Origin: Gemmatimonadales bacterium
GTDB taxonomy: Bacteria > Gemmatimonadota > Gemmatimonadetes > Gemmatimonadales > GWC2-71-9
NCBI GenBank assembly: GCA_033764615.1
Contig: JANRIU010000095.1
Location: forward strand, 2,774 to 66,773
Reading direction: 5' to 3'
Length of the DNA stretch: 64,000 nucleotides
Made by a program: the position numbers and the translations under genes. Numbering within the stretch: position 1 is the stretch's first letter; every line of letters begins with the position of its first letter. The notes beneath the pieces were generated by a model, which saw only the letters and a list, made by a program, of their open reading frames with translations, had not been told where the DNA came from and did no database searches. Shown piece after piece: positions 40,424-48,678 of the stretch.

Positions 40424-43400
40424 CTACGTGCTCCCCAGCACCACCGTCCCCTTCCGTTCCAGCACGCCCCAGCCGCGCGCGCGCCCGGCGATCGCCGTCG
40501 CCACCGCCTGCAGCACCGCGAGGTACAGCACCTGCCGGTAGGCGATGCGCTGCGGGATCACGAGCAGGGCCTGCCGCGGGTCCTCGCCGGGCTCGAGCAG
40601 CAGGCCGAGCAGCGCGGCCGCGGCATCCACCACGACGAACACGAGGTACCAGGGCAGCAGCGTCGCGAGCTGGCTCCACGCCGCCGCGCCGCCCTCGGCG
40701 TGCCACGCCCAGCCTGCGCGCCCGAGCGCCACGAGCAGCAGCAGGTCGGCCACGGGGGCGACGAGCGGGAAGAGGAGCTGGAAGAGCCACACGTTCGGCA
40801 GCGCCACCCAGCCGAGCGGGCCGCCGCGCCGCCGCAGGAGCGGCGCGCGGTGCTTCCACGCGCACTGCAGCGTGCCGAACGTCCAGCGGAAGCGCTGGCG
40901 CAGCAGCGAGCGCAGCGTGTCCGGCGCCTCGGTGAGGGCGACCGCCTCCTCCGCGTACGCCACGCGGTACCCGGCCCGGAGCAGCGTCATCGTCAGGTCC
41001 TGGTCCTCGGCGAGCGTGGCGCCGCTGAAGCCGCCGACGACGCGGATCGCCTCGCGGCGCCACGCGCCGATCGCGCCGGGCACGACGGTGATGCAGCCGA
41101 GCTGCGAGAAGGCGCGGCGGTCGAGGTTCTGGCTCGTGACGTACTCGATCGCCTGCCAGCGCGTCACGAGGTTCACGCGGTTGCCGACCTTCGCGTTGCC
41201 CGCCACGGCCCCGACGCGCGGGTCGGCGAGCGGCCGCACGAGCGCGGCGAGCGCGCCCGGGGGGAAGAGCGTGTCGGCATCGACGGCGACGATGAGCTCG
41301 CCCGTGGCGATGGCGACGCCCGCGTTGAGCGCGCTCGCCTTGCCGCCGTTGGCCTGGCGCACGAGCCGGAAGCGCGGGTCGTCGCCGGCCGCGGCGGCGG
41401 CCGCCGCGGCGGTGCCGTCCGGCGAGCCGTCGTCCACCACGATCACCTCGAGGCCGGGCAGCGCCTGGTCGAGCAGCGAGCGCACGGTCCGCGCGATCGT
41501 CTTCTCCTCGCGGAACGCCGGCACCACCACGGAGACCGTCGGCACCCACGCGGCGTCGGCCGCGCGCCGGGCGTAGGGCGCCGCGCGCCGCTGCCGCACC
41601 GCGAGCCCGCCGACCAGCAGGAGCCGGAGCGACCCGAGCACGACGGCGAGCGTGAAGAGCGACGCGAAGACGAGCTCGGTGCCCGAGAGCAGCGAGAAGC
41701 TGGCGAGGTCGAGCCAGCGGCGCACCGCCTGCGCGGGCGGCACGGGCGGCATCGCGCGCGCCGCGGGGATGCCTGCGAGGCCCGAGACCGTCTCGAGCCG
41801 GAGGCCGCGCGCCCGCAGCGAGTCGACGAGCGGGCCGACGGCGGCGAGCGTCGCCGCGCGGTCGCCGCCGCCATCATGCAGCAGGATCACGCGGCCGCGC
41901 GGGAGGTCGTCGAGCGCGCCGCGCACGATCGCCGCGGGCGTCCGGCCGCGCTCCCAGTCGCGCGGGTCGATCTCGAGCGCCGCGGTGAGGTAGCCGAGCT
42001 CGTCGGCGACGCGCATCGGCAGCAGGCGCGACGCGGTGCGCGGCTCCGCGTCGCCGATGTACGGCGGGCGGAAGAGGGTCATCTGGCGGCCGGTGACCGC
42101 CTCGACGAGGCGCTCGGTGGCCGAGAGCTCGAGGCGCACCTGCGCCTCGCCGACGGCGCCGAGGTCGGGGTGGCTGAAGGTGTGGTTGCCGACCTCGTGC
42201 CCCTCGCGCACCATGCGGCGCAGCAGGTCGGGTTGGCGCTGCGCGGCGCGGCCGATGACGAAGAAGGTGGCGCGCGCGTCGTGCGCGGCGAGCGTGTCGA
42301 GGATGGCGCCGGTCCATGCGCCGCCGGGACCGTCGTCGAAGCTGAGGGCGACGGCGTCGGCGGCCCCCGCCGCGCGCTCGACGGCGTAGCCGGTCGGCAG
42401 CGACGTGACGGCGCTGGCCTCGACCCGGCCGTCCGGCGCGAGCGTGACGGTGCGCGCGCCCGGGCGCGCGCTCGACGTGACACGGATCAGCTCCCCGCGG
42501 CCCGCGAGCGCGAGCGCGCCGGTGCTCGGCAGCGCCTCTAGGCCCGTGGCATCGGGCCGCACGCCGTCGCGGCCCAGCACGCGCCAGAGCGTCGGGTCCT
42601 CGGAGCCGAGGCGCCAGAGCGCCGCGCCCGCCGTGCCCGCCGCCTGCGCGAGGCGGAGCTGGTTGTACGCGGTCGTCGCGTCGAGGAACCACGCCGCGTG
42701 CTCGCCATCGGCGGCGGTCCAGCGGAGCACCGGCGTGCGCGACGCCGGGTCGGTCGCGGGCAGGAGGCCGAGGCCGCGGGCGAGCTGCCACGCCTCGGGC
42801 ACGCCGATGTCGCGGCCGCGGCCCGCCGCGCCCGGCGCCCAGTGGTAGCCGTACTGGCCGACGCCCGCGAGCAGCTTCGCCGCGGGGACGCGCGCCGCGA
42901 ACGCCGCGAGCCGTTCCGCGTACCACCCCTCGCCCGCCACCGGCCCCGCATCGTCGAGCCCCGAGTGCTCGTCGTAGAGCATCGGCACCACGTAGTCGAG
43001 CGCCGCGCCGTACGCCTCGAGCGGCCAGTCGGCGAGGTCGACCGGCACGGCCGCGCTCACGACGCTGCCCGCGGGGAGCGCGGCGCGGAGCGCGGCGGCG
43101 AACGCGAGCACCGGCGCGTGCAGCTCGCGCGGGAGGCGCTCGAAGTCGAGCATCACGCCGCCGGCACCCCACGCGCGCGCGCTGTCGGCCACGAGGCGCG
43201 CCGCGGCGTCGCGCACGGCCGCGTCACCGACGAGGCGCGCGACCGCATCGGGGTCGAAGCGACCGCCGGTGAAGTTGGTGAGCATGACGTGCAGCGCGGG
43301 GGCGCCGTCGGTCGCGCGGAGGAGCTCGAGCAGCGCGTCGTCGCGCTCCAGCCGGAGCGGCGGCGCGCCGCGTGCGCCGAGGAAGCCCGTCTCGGCGACG

Positions 43401-43750
43401 ACCCAGTCGAGGCGGTCGGCGTGCTCGCGCACGGTGGCGAGCGCATCCGCGTCCCACGAGACGTAGAAGCCGGCGGTGATCGGGTCGGGGGTGCGGCGGC
43501 CGGCGGGGAGCGGCGGGAGCGGGGCGCGCGGGCCGTCGGCGAGCGCGTCGGGATGGCGTGGCAGCGCGGCGCGCCCGGGCCCGCCCGGGAGCGCGGGGAC
43601 CGGGCGCGGCGGCGGTCGGAGCACGCCCGTGAGCAGCGAGCCGAGCAGCAGCACGACCGCGAGCCCCAGCACGCCGACGGCCGCGCGCACGCGGGGCGCG
43701 CGCCGGCCGGTCGGGTCGTGGAAGACCTGCGGTGCGTGCCCGCCGGTCAC
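40424..43750 (-). CDS. Multidomain exopolysaccharide synthase: TM, GH18-like domain, CE4 polysaccharide deacetylase, family-2 glycosyltransferase (PgaC/NodC-like) with a C-terminal TM bundle
   Basis: This is the C-terminal 1108 aa of the 1414-aa fused ORF. The GTG start at 43750 overlaps the upstream stop (GTGA). The GH18-like TIM-barrel motif is GGVMLDFE. CE4 motifs are SFDDGP, HTFSHP, RPPY and LLHDGG. GT2 motifs are VVVPAFREE, VVDDGSPDGT, AVDADT, AEDQDLT and QRFRW. Confidence 0.85.
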   Translation of the reverse strand: MTGGHAPQVFHDPTGRRAPRVRAAVGVLGLAVVLLLGSLLTGVLRPPPRPVPALPGGPGRAALPRHPDALADGPRAPLPPLPAGRRTPDPITAGFYVSWDADALATVREHADRLDWVVAETGFLGARGAPPLRLERDDALLELLRATDGAPALHVMLTNFTGGRFDPDAVARLVGDAAVRDAAARLVADSARAWGAGGVMLDFERLPRELHAPVLAFAAALRAALPAGSVVSAAVPVDLADWPLEAYGAALDYVVPMLYDEHSGLDDAGPVAGEGWYAERLAAFAARVPAAKLLAGVGQYGYHWAPGAAGRGRDIGVPEAWQLARGLGLLPATDPASRTPVLRWTAADGEHAAWFLDATTAYNQLRLAQAAGTAGAALWRLGSEDPTLWRVLGRDGVRPDATGLEALPSTGALALAGRGELIRVTSSARPGARTVTLAPDGRVEASAVTSLPTGYAVERAAGAADAVALSFDDGPGGAWTGAILDTLAAHDARATFFVIGRAAQRQPDLLRRMVREGHEVGNHTFSHPDLGAVGEAQVRLELSATERLVEAVTGRQMTLFRPPYIGDAEPRTASRLLPMRVADELGYLTAALEIDPRDWERGRTPAAIVRGALDDLPRGRVILLHDGGGDRAATLAAVGPLVDSLRARGLRLETVSGLAGIPAARAMPPVPPAQAVRRWLDLASFSLLSGTELVFASLFTLAVVLGSLRLLLVGGLAVRQRRAAPYARRAADAAWVPTVSVVVPAFREEKTIARTVRSLLDQALPGLEVIVVDDGSPDGTAAAAAAAAGDDPRFRLVRQANGGKASALNAGVAIATGELIVAVDADTLFPPGALAALVRPLADPRVGAVAGNAKVGNRVNLVTRWQAIEYVTSQNLDRRAFSQLGCITVVPGAIGAWRREAIRVVGGFSGATLAEDQDLTMTLLRAGYRVAYAEEAVALTEAPDTLRSLLRQRFRWTFGTLQCAWKHRAPLLRRRGGPLGWVALPNVWLFQLLFPLVAPVADLLLLVALGRAGWAWHAEGGAAAWSQLATLLPWYLVFVVVDAAAALLGLLLEPGEDPRQALLVIPQRIAYRQVLYLAVLQAVATAIAGRARGWGVLERKGTVVLGST

Positions 43751-43950
43751 GTCGCGCGCAGCGCCGTCACCAGCTCCGCCGTCCGGCCGAAGAGGCCGAG
43801 GGCATCGCCCTCCTCCTCGCCCTCGTCGGTGGAGAGCGCCGGCGCGGCGGGAACGGGCTCGAGCTCGCCGCGCGCGTTCGCCTGGAACGTGCGACCGGTG
43901 AACGGGCAGCGGACGATGGAACCGGGTGCGTAGCTGGGCTTGCGGAACAT
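43747..43950 (-). CDS. Hypothetical 67-aa acidic protein translationally coupled to the EPS synthase
   Basis: ATG with a GGAGG RBS about 9 nt upstream. Its stop overlaps the synthase GTG. The sequence is MFRKPSYAPGSIVRCPFTGRTFQ...DEGEEEGDALGLFGRTAELVTALRAT. No TM segment and no family recognised. Confidence 0.55.
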   Translation of the reverse strand: MFRKPSYAPGSIVRCPFTGRTFQANARGELEPVPAAPALSTDEGEEEGDALGLFGRTAELVTALRAT

Positions 43951-43998
43951 GGGGGCGGCCTCCGTGCCGGAGCGGGTCCCCTGATGTTCGGGAACTCC

Positions 43999-44658
43999 TC
44001 ACGATTCCTTGAGCGGCTCGAGGCACCGCGCATCGTCGTGAGTAGGCGCGTTCACGAAGGTGGAGACGGGCCAGGAGGCGAGAGCCGGGGGCTGGGGGCC
44101 TGGGGCCGGAGGCTGGGGGCCGGGGGCGAGCCAGCGGGGCCACTCGGTCTCCTCCACGATCACCGGCATCCGCGCGTGGATGTGGGCCACCGCATCCTGG
44201 GCGTCCATCGTCAGGATGGCGCACGTCTCGAGCGGCGCACCGTCCGGTCCGCGCCACGACTCCCAGAGCGCCCCGAAGGCGAGCACGTCGCCGTCGGCGC
44301 GGGCGATCGCCCACGGCTGCTTCGCCCTCTGCCCCGGCACGACCTGCCACTCGTAGTACGCATCGGCCAGCACGAGGCAGCGCCGCGCCTTCCACGCCGA
44401 GCGGAACGACGGCTTCTCGTGCGCGGTTTCCACCCTCGCGTTGGCCAGCCGGTCGCCGATGGACGGATCCTTCGCCCACGACGGGACGAGCCCCCACCGC
44501 AGCATCGCCACCTCGCGCCCCGCGCCCGCGGCACGCAACACCGCCACGTCGCTGCCGGGCGCGATGTTCCAGCGCGGCACAAGCGGCGGCAGCGCCACCA
44601 CGCCGAGGCGGCGTGCATCGATCTCTCCGGGCTTGCCGAGGGAGTAGCGACCGCACAT
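43999..44658 (-). CDS. SOS response-associated peptidase (SRAP, YedK/HMCES family)
   Basis: ORF trimmed to the invariant MCGRY N-terminus (Met7). It has conserved RWNIAP, MLRWGLVPSWAKD, NARVET, C.VLADAYYEW, TMDA and HARMPVI. Confidence 0.9.
   Translation of the reverse strand: MCGRYSLGKPGEIDARRLGVVALPPLVPRWNIAPGSDVAVLRAAGAGREVAMLRWGLVPSWAKDPSIGDRLANARVETAHEKPSFRSAWKARRCLVLADAYYEWQVVPGQRAKQPWAIARADGDVLAFGALWESWRGPDGAPLETCAILTMDAQDAVAHIHARMPVIVEETEWPRWLAPGPQPPAPGPQPPALASWPVSTFVNAPTHDDARCLEPLKES
44090..44131 (-). repeat. Imperfect 21-bp tandem duplication inside the SRAP gene, encoding PGPQPPA x2
   Basis: ggctgggggcctggggccgga / ggctgggggccgggggcgagc (17/21 identical). Its composition resembles the intergenic G-run tracts at 17240..17290 and 40349..40381. 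Confidence 0.7.
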
Positions 44659-44759
44659 GGGGCGGCAAGATGGCATGCGGGCCGGGGGGCAGGAAGGGTG
44701 GGCCGAACGGGTGACGTGGCGGGTAGGAGTCCCCGCGGGTTCCCGTCTACCGTTCAGGC

Positions 44760-45719
44760 ATGTCGCCCCCGTCCCTCACCGGCCTCCACCACGTGACCGC
44801 CGTCTCGGCGTCGATCCGCGAGAACCTGCGCTTCTACACGCAGGGCCTGGGGCTCCGGCTCGTGAAGCGGTCGGTCAACCAGGATGACGTCTCCGCGTAC
44901 CACCTCTTCTACGCCGACGCGAAGGGGAGCCCGGGGACCGACCTCACCTTCTTCGACTGGCGCGTCCCGCCCGAGCGGCGCGGCACGCGGTCGATCACGC
45001 GCACGATGCTGCGCGTCGCGGGCGCCGCCGCGCTCGACTACTGGACGGCACGCCTTCGCGGGCTCGGCGTGCGCACGGAGCCGGTGACGGAGCGCGACGG
45101 CCGCCTCACGCTCGACTTCGAGGACGCGGAGGGCCAGCGCCTCTCCCTCGTGGACGACGGCGGCGCGGGCGATGCGCATCCGTGGGACCGGAGCCCCGTC
45201 CCCGCCGACCACCAGGTGCGCGGCCTCGGCCCGGTCATGCTCAGCGTCCCCCGGCTCGCGCCGACGGCGCTCGTGCTGGAGGAGCTGCTCGGCATGCGCC
45301 GGGTGCGCACCTATCCGCACCCCGAGGCGGTGCGGCACATCGTGCACGTCTTCGAGATGGGCGCGGGCGGCCCCGCCGCGGAGCTGCACGTCGCCGAGCA
45401 GGCCGACCTGCCGGCCGCGCGCGCCGGCGCGGGCGGCGTGCACCACCTGGCACTCCGGACGACGACGTTCAGCGACTACGAGGCGTGGGCCGACCACCTC
45501 GTGAACGTGGGCATGCCGAACAGCGGCCGAGTGGACCGCTACTGGTTCCGCAGCCTCTACTTCCGCGAGCCCAACGGCATCCTGTTCGAGATCGCGAGTG
45601 ACGGTCCCGGCTTCGCCGTGGACGAGGACGAGGCGACGCTCGGCGAGAAGGTGACGCTCGCGCCGTTCCTCGAGCCGCGCCGCGCGGAGATCGAGGCCGG
45701 CCTCGTGCCGCTCGACTGA
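44760..45719 (+). CDS. Ring-cleaving dioxygenase, glyoxalase/VOC family (MhqO/YfiE-like, two-module)
   Basis: 319-aa ORF. It has GLHHVTAVS...[18 protein letters not shown]...[16 protein letters not shown], and a second module with VHHLA.R, DR.YF.S.YFREP.GILFEIA.D.PGF. Confidence 0.85.
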   Translation: MSPPSLTGLHHVTAVSASIRENLRFYTQGLGLRLVKRSVNQDDVSAYHLFYADAKGSPGTDLTFFDWRVPPERRGTRSITRTMLRVAGAAALDYWTARLRGLGVRTEPVTERDGRLTLDFEDAEGQRLSLVDDGGAGDAHPWDRSPVPADHQVRGLGPVMLSVPRLAPTALVLEELLGMRRVRTYPHPEAVRHIVHVFEMGAGGPAAELHVAEQADLPAARAGAGGVHHLALRTTTFSDYEAWADHLVNVGMPNSGRVDRYWFRSLYFREPNGILFEIASDGPGFAVDEDEATLGEKVTLAPFLEPRRAEIEAGLVPLD

Positions 45720-45745
45720 GCCCCACCCTCCAGCCGGGACCCTCC

Positions 45746-46120
45746 ATGCCTGCCAACGCGCTCCGCGGTGTCGTGCCCATGCTTCACGTCGTCGACGTCG
45801 CCGCCAGCGCCGCCTGGTACGCGCACCTCGGCTTCAGCGTGCAGAACCGCGTCCACGGCCCGGACGGCGGGCTGAGCTGGGTGTGGCTGCAGGGAGGCGA
45901 CGCCGCGCTGATGCTCGCACGCGCGAGCGGGACGGTGGATGCGGGGATGCAGGCCGCGTTGCTCTACGTGTATGTGACCGAGCTCGTCGCACTGCACGAG
46001 ACGCTCGGGACCGAAGGCCTGGGGCCGGGGGAGATCTGCACGCCGTTCTACGCCCCCAGGGGCGAGTTCCGCCTGACCGACCCGGACGGCTGGACCGTCA
46101 TGGTCATGCAGGCCGGCTGA
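45746..46120 (+). CDS. VOC/glyoxalase/bleomycin-resistance family protein (single module)
   Basis: 124-aa ORF with VPMLHVVDVAASAAWYA.LGF and a C-terminal GEFRLTDPDGWTVMV. Confidence 0.75.
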   Translation: MPANALRGVVPMLHVVDVAASAAWYAHLGFSVQNRVHGPDGGLSWVWLQGGDAALMLARASGTVDAGMQAALLYVYVTELVALHETLGTEGLGPGEICTPFYAPRGEFRLTDPDGWTVMVMQAG

Positions 46121-46129
46121 TCCGACTGT

Positions 46130-46154
46130 CCTCCGGCCCGCCTGCCCTCCTGCC
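46130..46154 (+). repeat. Copy B of the 25-nt C-rich motif CCTCCGGCCCGCYYGCCCTCCTGCC
   Basis: It starts 10 nt after the VOC gene stop and is preceded by a GGCCGG...CCGGCC stem. See copy A at 40393..40417. Confidence 0.7.
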
Positions 46155-46196
46155 TCCGCCCCTTCACTTTCGCCCCCAGCCCACCGATACACGAAT

Positions 46197-46219
46197 CGAC
46201 GAATCCGCTATATTCGTCG
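46197..46219. promoter_or_regulatory. Inverted repeat CGACGAAT-N7-ATTCGTCG overlapping a TATATT box, upstream of a small membrane protein gene
   Basis: Perfect 8-bp arms in a locally AT-richer stretch, about 50 nt upstream of the ATG at 46271. An adjacent direct repeat ACGAAT-CG-ACGAAT is present. Candidate operator/promoter. Confidence 0.35.
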
Positions 46220-46270
46220 GCTCGGGTTTGCGACTCGTGAACGTTTTCACAAGACAAAGGACTCTCCCGC

Positions 46271-46525
46271 ATGCGCGGTGCGATCACCCTCTTCATCTCC
46301 GCCCTCGGCTTCGCGCTCAGCTGGTTCACGGTGCGCGGCGCGGGCGAGACCATCTTCTTCGGCTCCTGGTCCGCGGCGATGACGTCGATCCTCGGCGTGC
46401 TGACGATCGTGACGGCGGTCAGCCTGTACACGATCTCGAAGTTCGTGGACATGGACGACGAGCTCTCGGCGTGGCCTGAAGCCCAGGCGACCGCCGAGGC
46501 CCCGCAGGTCGCGAAGGCCGCGTAA
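46271..46525 (+). CDS. Hypothetical small membrane protein (2 TM)
   Basis: 84-aa ORF with two hydrophobic segments (ITLFISALGFALSWF, MTSILGVLTIVTAVSLY) and an acidic tail. Confidence 0.5.
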   Translation: MRGAITLFISALGFALSWFTVRGAGETIFFGSWSAAMTSILGVLTIVTAVSLYTISKFVDMDDELSAWPEAQATAEAPQVAKAA

Positions 46526-46529
46526 GCCC

Positions 46530-47285
46530 GTGCGACGGGCAGCCCGGAGCGCCGCGTTCGCGGCGCTCTTCTGCTTTGGCGTATCGATATCGCCTTTGCA
46601 GGCGCAATCGCTCATCGTCGGCATCCCCAGCGCCAGTATCACCGAGCCGGGGCACTTCGTGCTCGCCCACGAGTCGCAGCTGAACGTGTGGGACGGCGCG
46701 AACGCGTACTGGAACAGCTTCACCTTCGCGACGTACGGCATCGGCGCGCGCACCGAGCTCGCCAGTTCGCTCTACGGGCTCAGCAACCCCGGCTCGGGGA
46801 ACCTCGCGCTCGGCATCGGCGTGAAGCACTCGCTGCCGCTCCTGGCGCCGGGGCGGAGCCGCTGGGAGCCGACGCTCACAGGCGGGTTCATGGTGCCGGT
46901 CTCGTTCTCGGGGCGCGCCACGGGCATCTGGACGTACGGCATGGCGTCGGCGCGCGTGCCGGCGCTGCGGAACACGCGGCTCACCGGCGGCATCAGCTAC
47001 GGCACGGAGCAGATCTTCGGGCGCCGGGTGACGGCGGCGATGGTGGGCGTCGAGGCACCGCTCTCGCGGAGGTTCTCGATCTTCGCGGACTGGCTCTCGG
47101 GCACGCATGACCTCGCGGCGCTCATCGCGGCGGTCGGCTGGCAGGCGAACCGCCATTTCCTGCTCATCATCGGCCCCAAGATCCCGAACAACGCGGCGAG
47201 CGGCCGCCCGGCGCTCATCATCGAGGCGGCGTACGACTTCGGCCCGGTGGGGCCGGCGTTCGGGCGGCGCCGGGGCTCGCACTAG
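46530..47285 (+). CDS. Hypothetical secreted protein, beta-barrel-like
   Basis: 251-aa ORF with a GTG start, a signal peptide (FAALFCFGVSISPLQAQ) and an alternating beta pattern. I recognise no family. Confidence 0.5.
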   Translation: MRRAARSAAFAALFCFGVSISPLQAQSLIVGIPSASITEPGHFVLAHESQLNVWDGANAYWNSFTFATYGIGARTELASSLYGLSNPGSGNLALGIGVKHSLPLLAPGRSRWEPTLTGGFMVPVSFSGRATGIWTYGMASARVPALRNTRLTGGISYGTEQIFGRRVTAAMVGVEAPLSRRFSIFADWLSGTHDLAALIAAVGWQANRHFLLIIGPKIPNNAASGRPALIIEAAYDFGPVGPAFGRRRGSH

Positions 47286-47322
47286 CGGTCCGCCCCGGCG
47301 CGCATCGCCTTACGTTGGAACG

Positions 47323-48678
47323 ATGCCCGCCGCCGACCTCCGCACCCTGCTCGCACACGCGAGCGCCGAGAAGTCGGGCGACCGGCTCGCGGGGCTCGCG
47401 GCGCCGAGCATGGAAGCACGGGTGCGCGCCCAGATGGCGCTCGCCGAGGTACCGCTCAGGCGCTTCCTCTCCGAGCCGGTCGTCCCGTACGAGGCGGACG
47501 AGGTGACGCGGCTCATCCTCGACACGCACGACGCCGCGGCGTTCGCGCCCGTCGCGCACCTGACCGTCGGCGACTTCCGCGACTGGCTCCTTTCCGACGC
47601 CGCCGACGAGCCGGCGCTGGCCGCCGTCGCCCCCGGCCTCATGCCCGAGATGGTGGCGGCGGCGGTGAAGCTGATGCGGCTGCAGGACCTCGTGCTCGTG
47701 GCACGGAAGTGCCGCGTCGTCACGCGCTTCCGCACGACGCTCGGCCTCCCCGGCCGGCTGGCGACACGGCTCCAGCCCAACCACCCCACCGACGACCCGC
47801 TCGCCATCGCCGCCGCGATCCTCGACGGCCTGCGGCTCGGCAGCGGCGATGCCACGATCGGCATCAACCCCGCCACCGATTCGCCCGCGCGCATGCGGCT
47901 CCTGCTCGACCTGCTCGAGCAGCTGCGCCTGCACTGGGCGCTGCCGGTGCAGTCCTGCGTGCTGGCGCACGTCACGACGGCGCTCCGCGTGATGGCGGAC
48001 GGCGCGCCGGTCGACCTGGTGTTCCAGTCGGTGGCGGGGACGGAGGCGGCGAACCGCGGCTTCGGGATCTCGCTCGCGCTGCTCGACGAGGCGCACGCGG
48101 CCGCCCGCGCGCTGGGCCGCGTGCCCGCGGACGGCCACTGCATGTACTTCGAGACGGGCCAGGGGAGCGCGCTCTCGGCCGGTGCGCACCACGGTGTCGA
48201 CCAGCAGACGTGCGAAGCACGCGCGTACGCCGTGGCCCGGCGGTACCGGCCGCTGCTCGTGAACACTGTGGTCGGCTTCATCGGCCCGGAGTACCTGGCC
48301 GACGGGCGGCAGATCATCCGCGCCGGCCTCGAGGACCACTGCACCGGCAAGCTCCTCGGCCTGCCGATGGGGTGCGATGCGTGCTACACGAACCACGCCG
48401 ACGCCGACCAGGACGACATGGACGCGCTGCTCACGCTGCTCGGCGCGGCGGGCGTCACCTACATCATGGGCGTGCCCGGCGCCGACGACATCATGCTCGG
48501 CTACCAGAGCAGCTCGTTCCACGATGCGCTGTACCTGCGCCGCGCGCTGGGGCTCCGTCCGGCGCCGGAGTTCGAGGCGTGGCTCGCCGACACGGGCGTG
48601 CTCGACGCGCAACTCCGGCTCGCGCGCGACGGCCGCCTCGCGCTGCCACCCGCCGTGCGCGCGCTGGCCCCCGGATGA
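47323..48678 (+). CDS. eutB: Ethanolamine ammonia-lyase large subunit
   Basis: ORF trimmed to MPAADLRTLL, giving 451 aa. EutB motifs run throughout (SGDRLAG, RLQPNHPTDD, IGINPATDS, VFQS.AGTE.AN..FG, YFETGQGS, NTVVGFIGPEY, GCD.CYTNHA). Confidence 0.95.
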   Translation: MPAADLRTLLAHASAEKSGDRLAGLAAPSMEARVRAQMALAEVPLRRFLSEPVVPYEADEVTRLILDTHDAAAFAPVAHLTVGDFRDWLLSDAADEPALAAVAPGLMPEMVAAAVKLMRLQDLVLVARKCRVVTRFRTTLGLPGRLATRLQPNHPTDDPLAIAAAILDGLRLGSGDATIGINPATDSPARMRLLLDLLEQLRLHWALPVQSCVLAHVTTALRVMADGAPVDLVFQSVAGTEAANRGFGISLALLDEAHAAARALGRVPADGHCMYFETGQGSALSAGAHHGVDQQTCEARAYAVARRYRPLLVNTVVGFIGPEYLADGRQIIRAGLEDHCTGKLLGLPMGCDACYTNHADADQDDMDALLTLLGAAGVTYIMGVPGADDIMLGYQSSSFHDALYLRRALGLRPAPEFEAWLADTGVLDAQLRLARDGRLALPPAVRALAPG

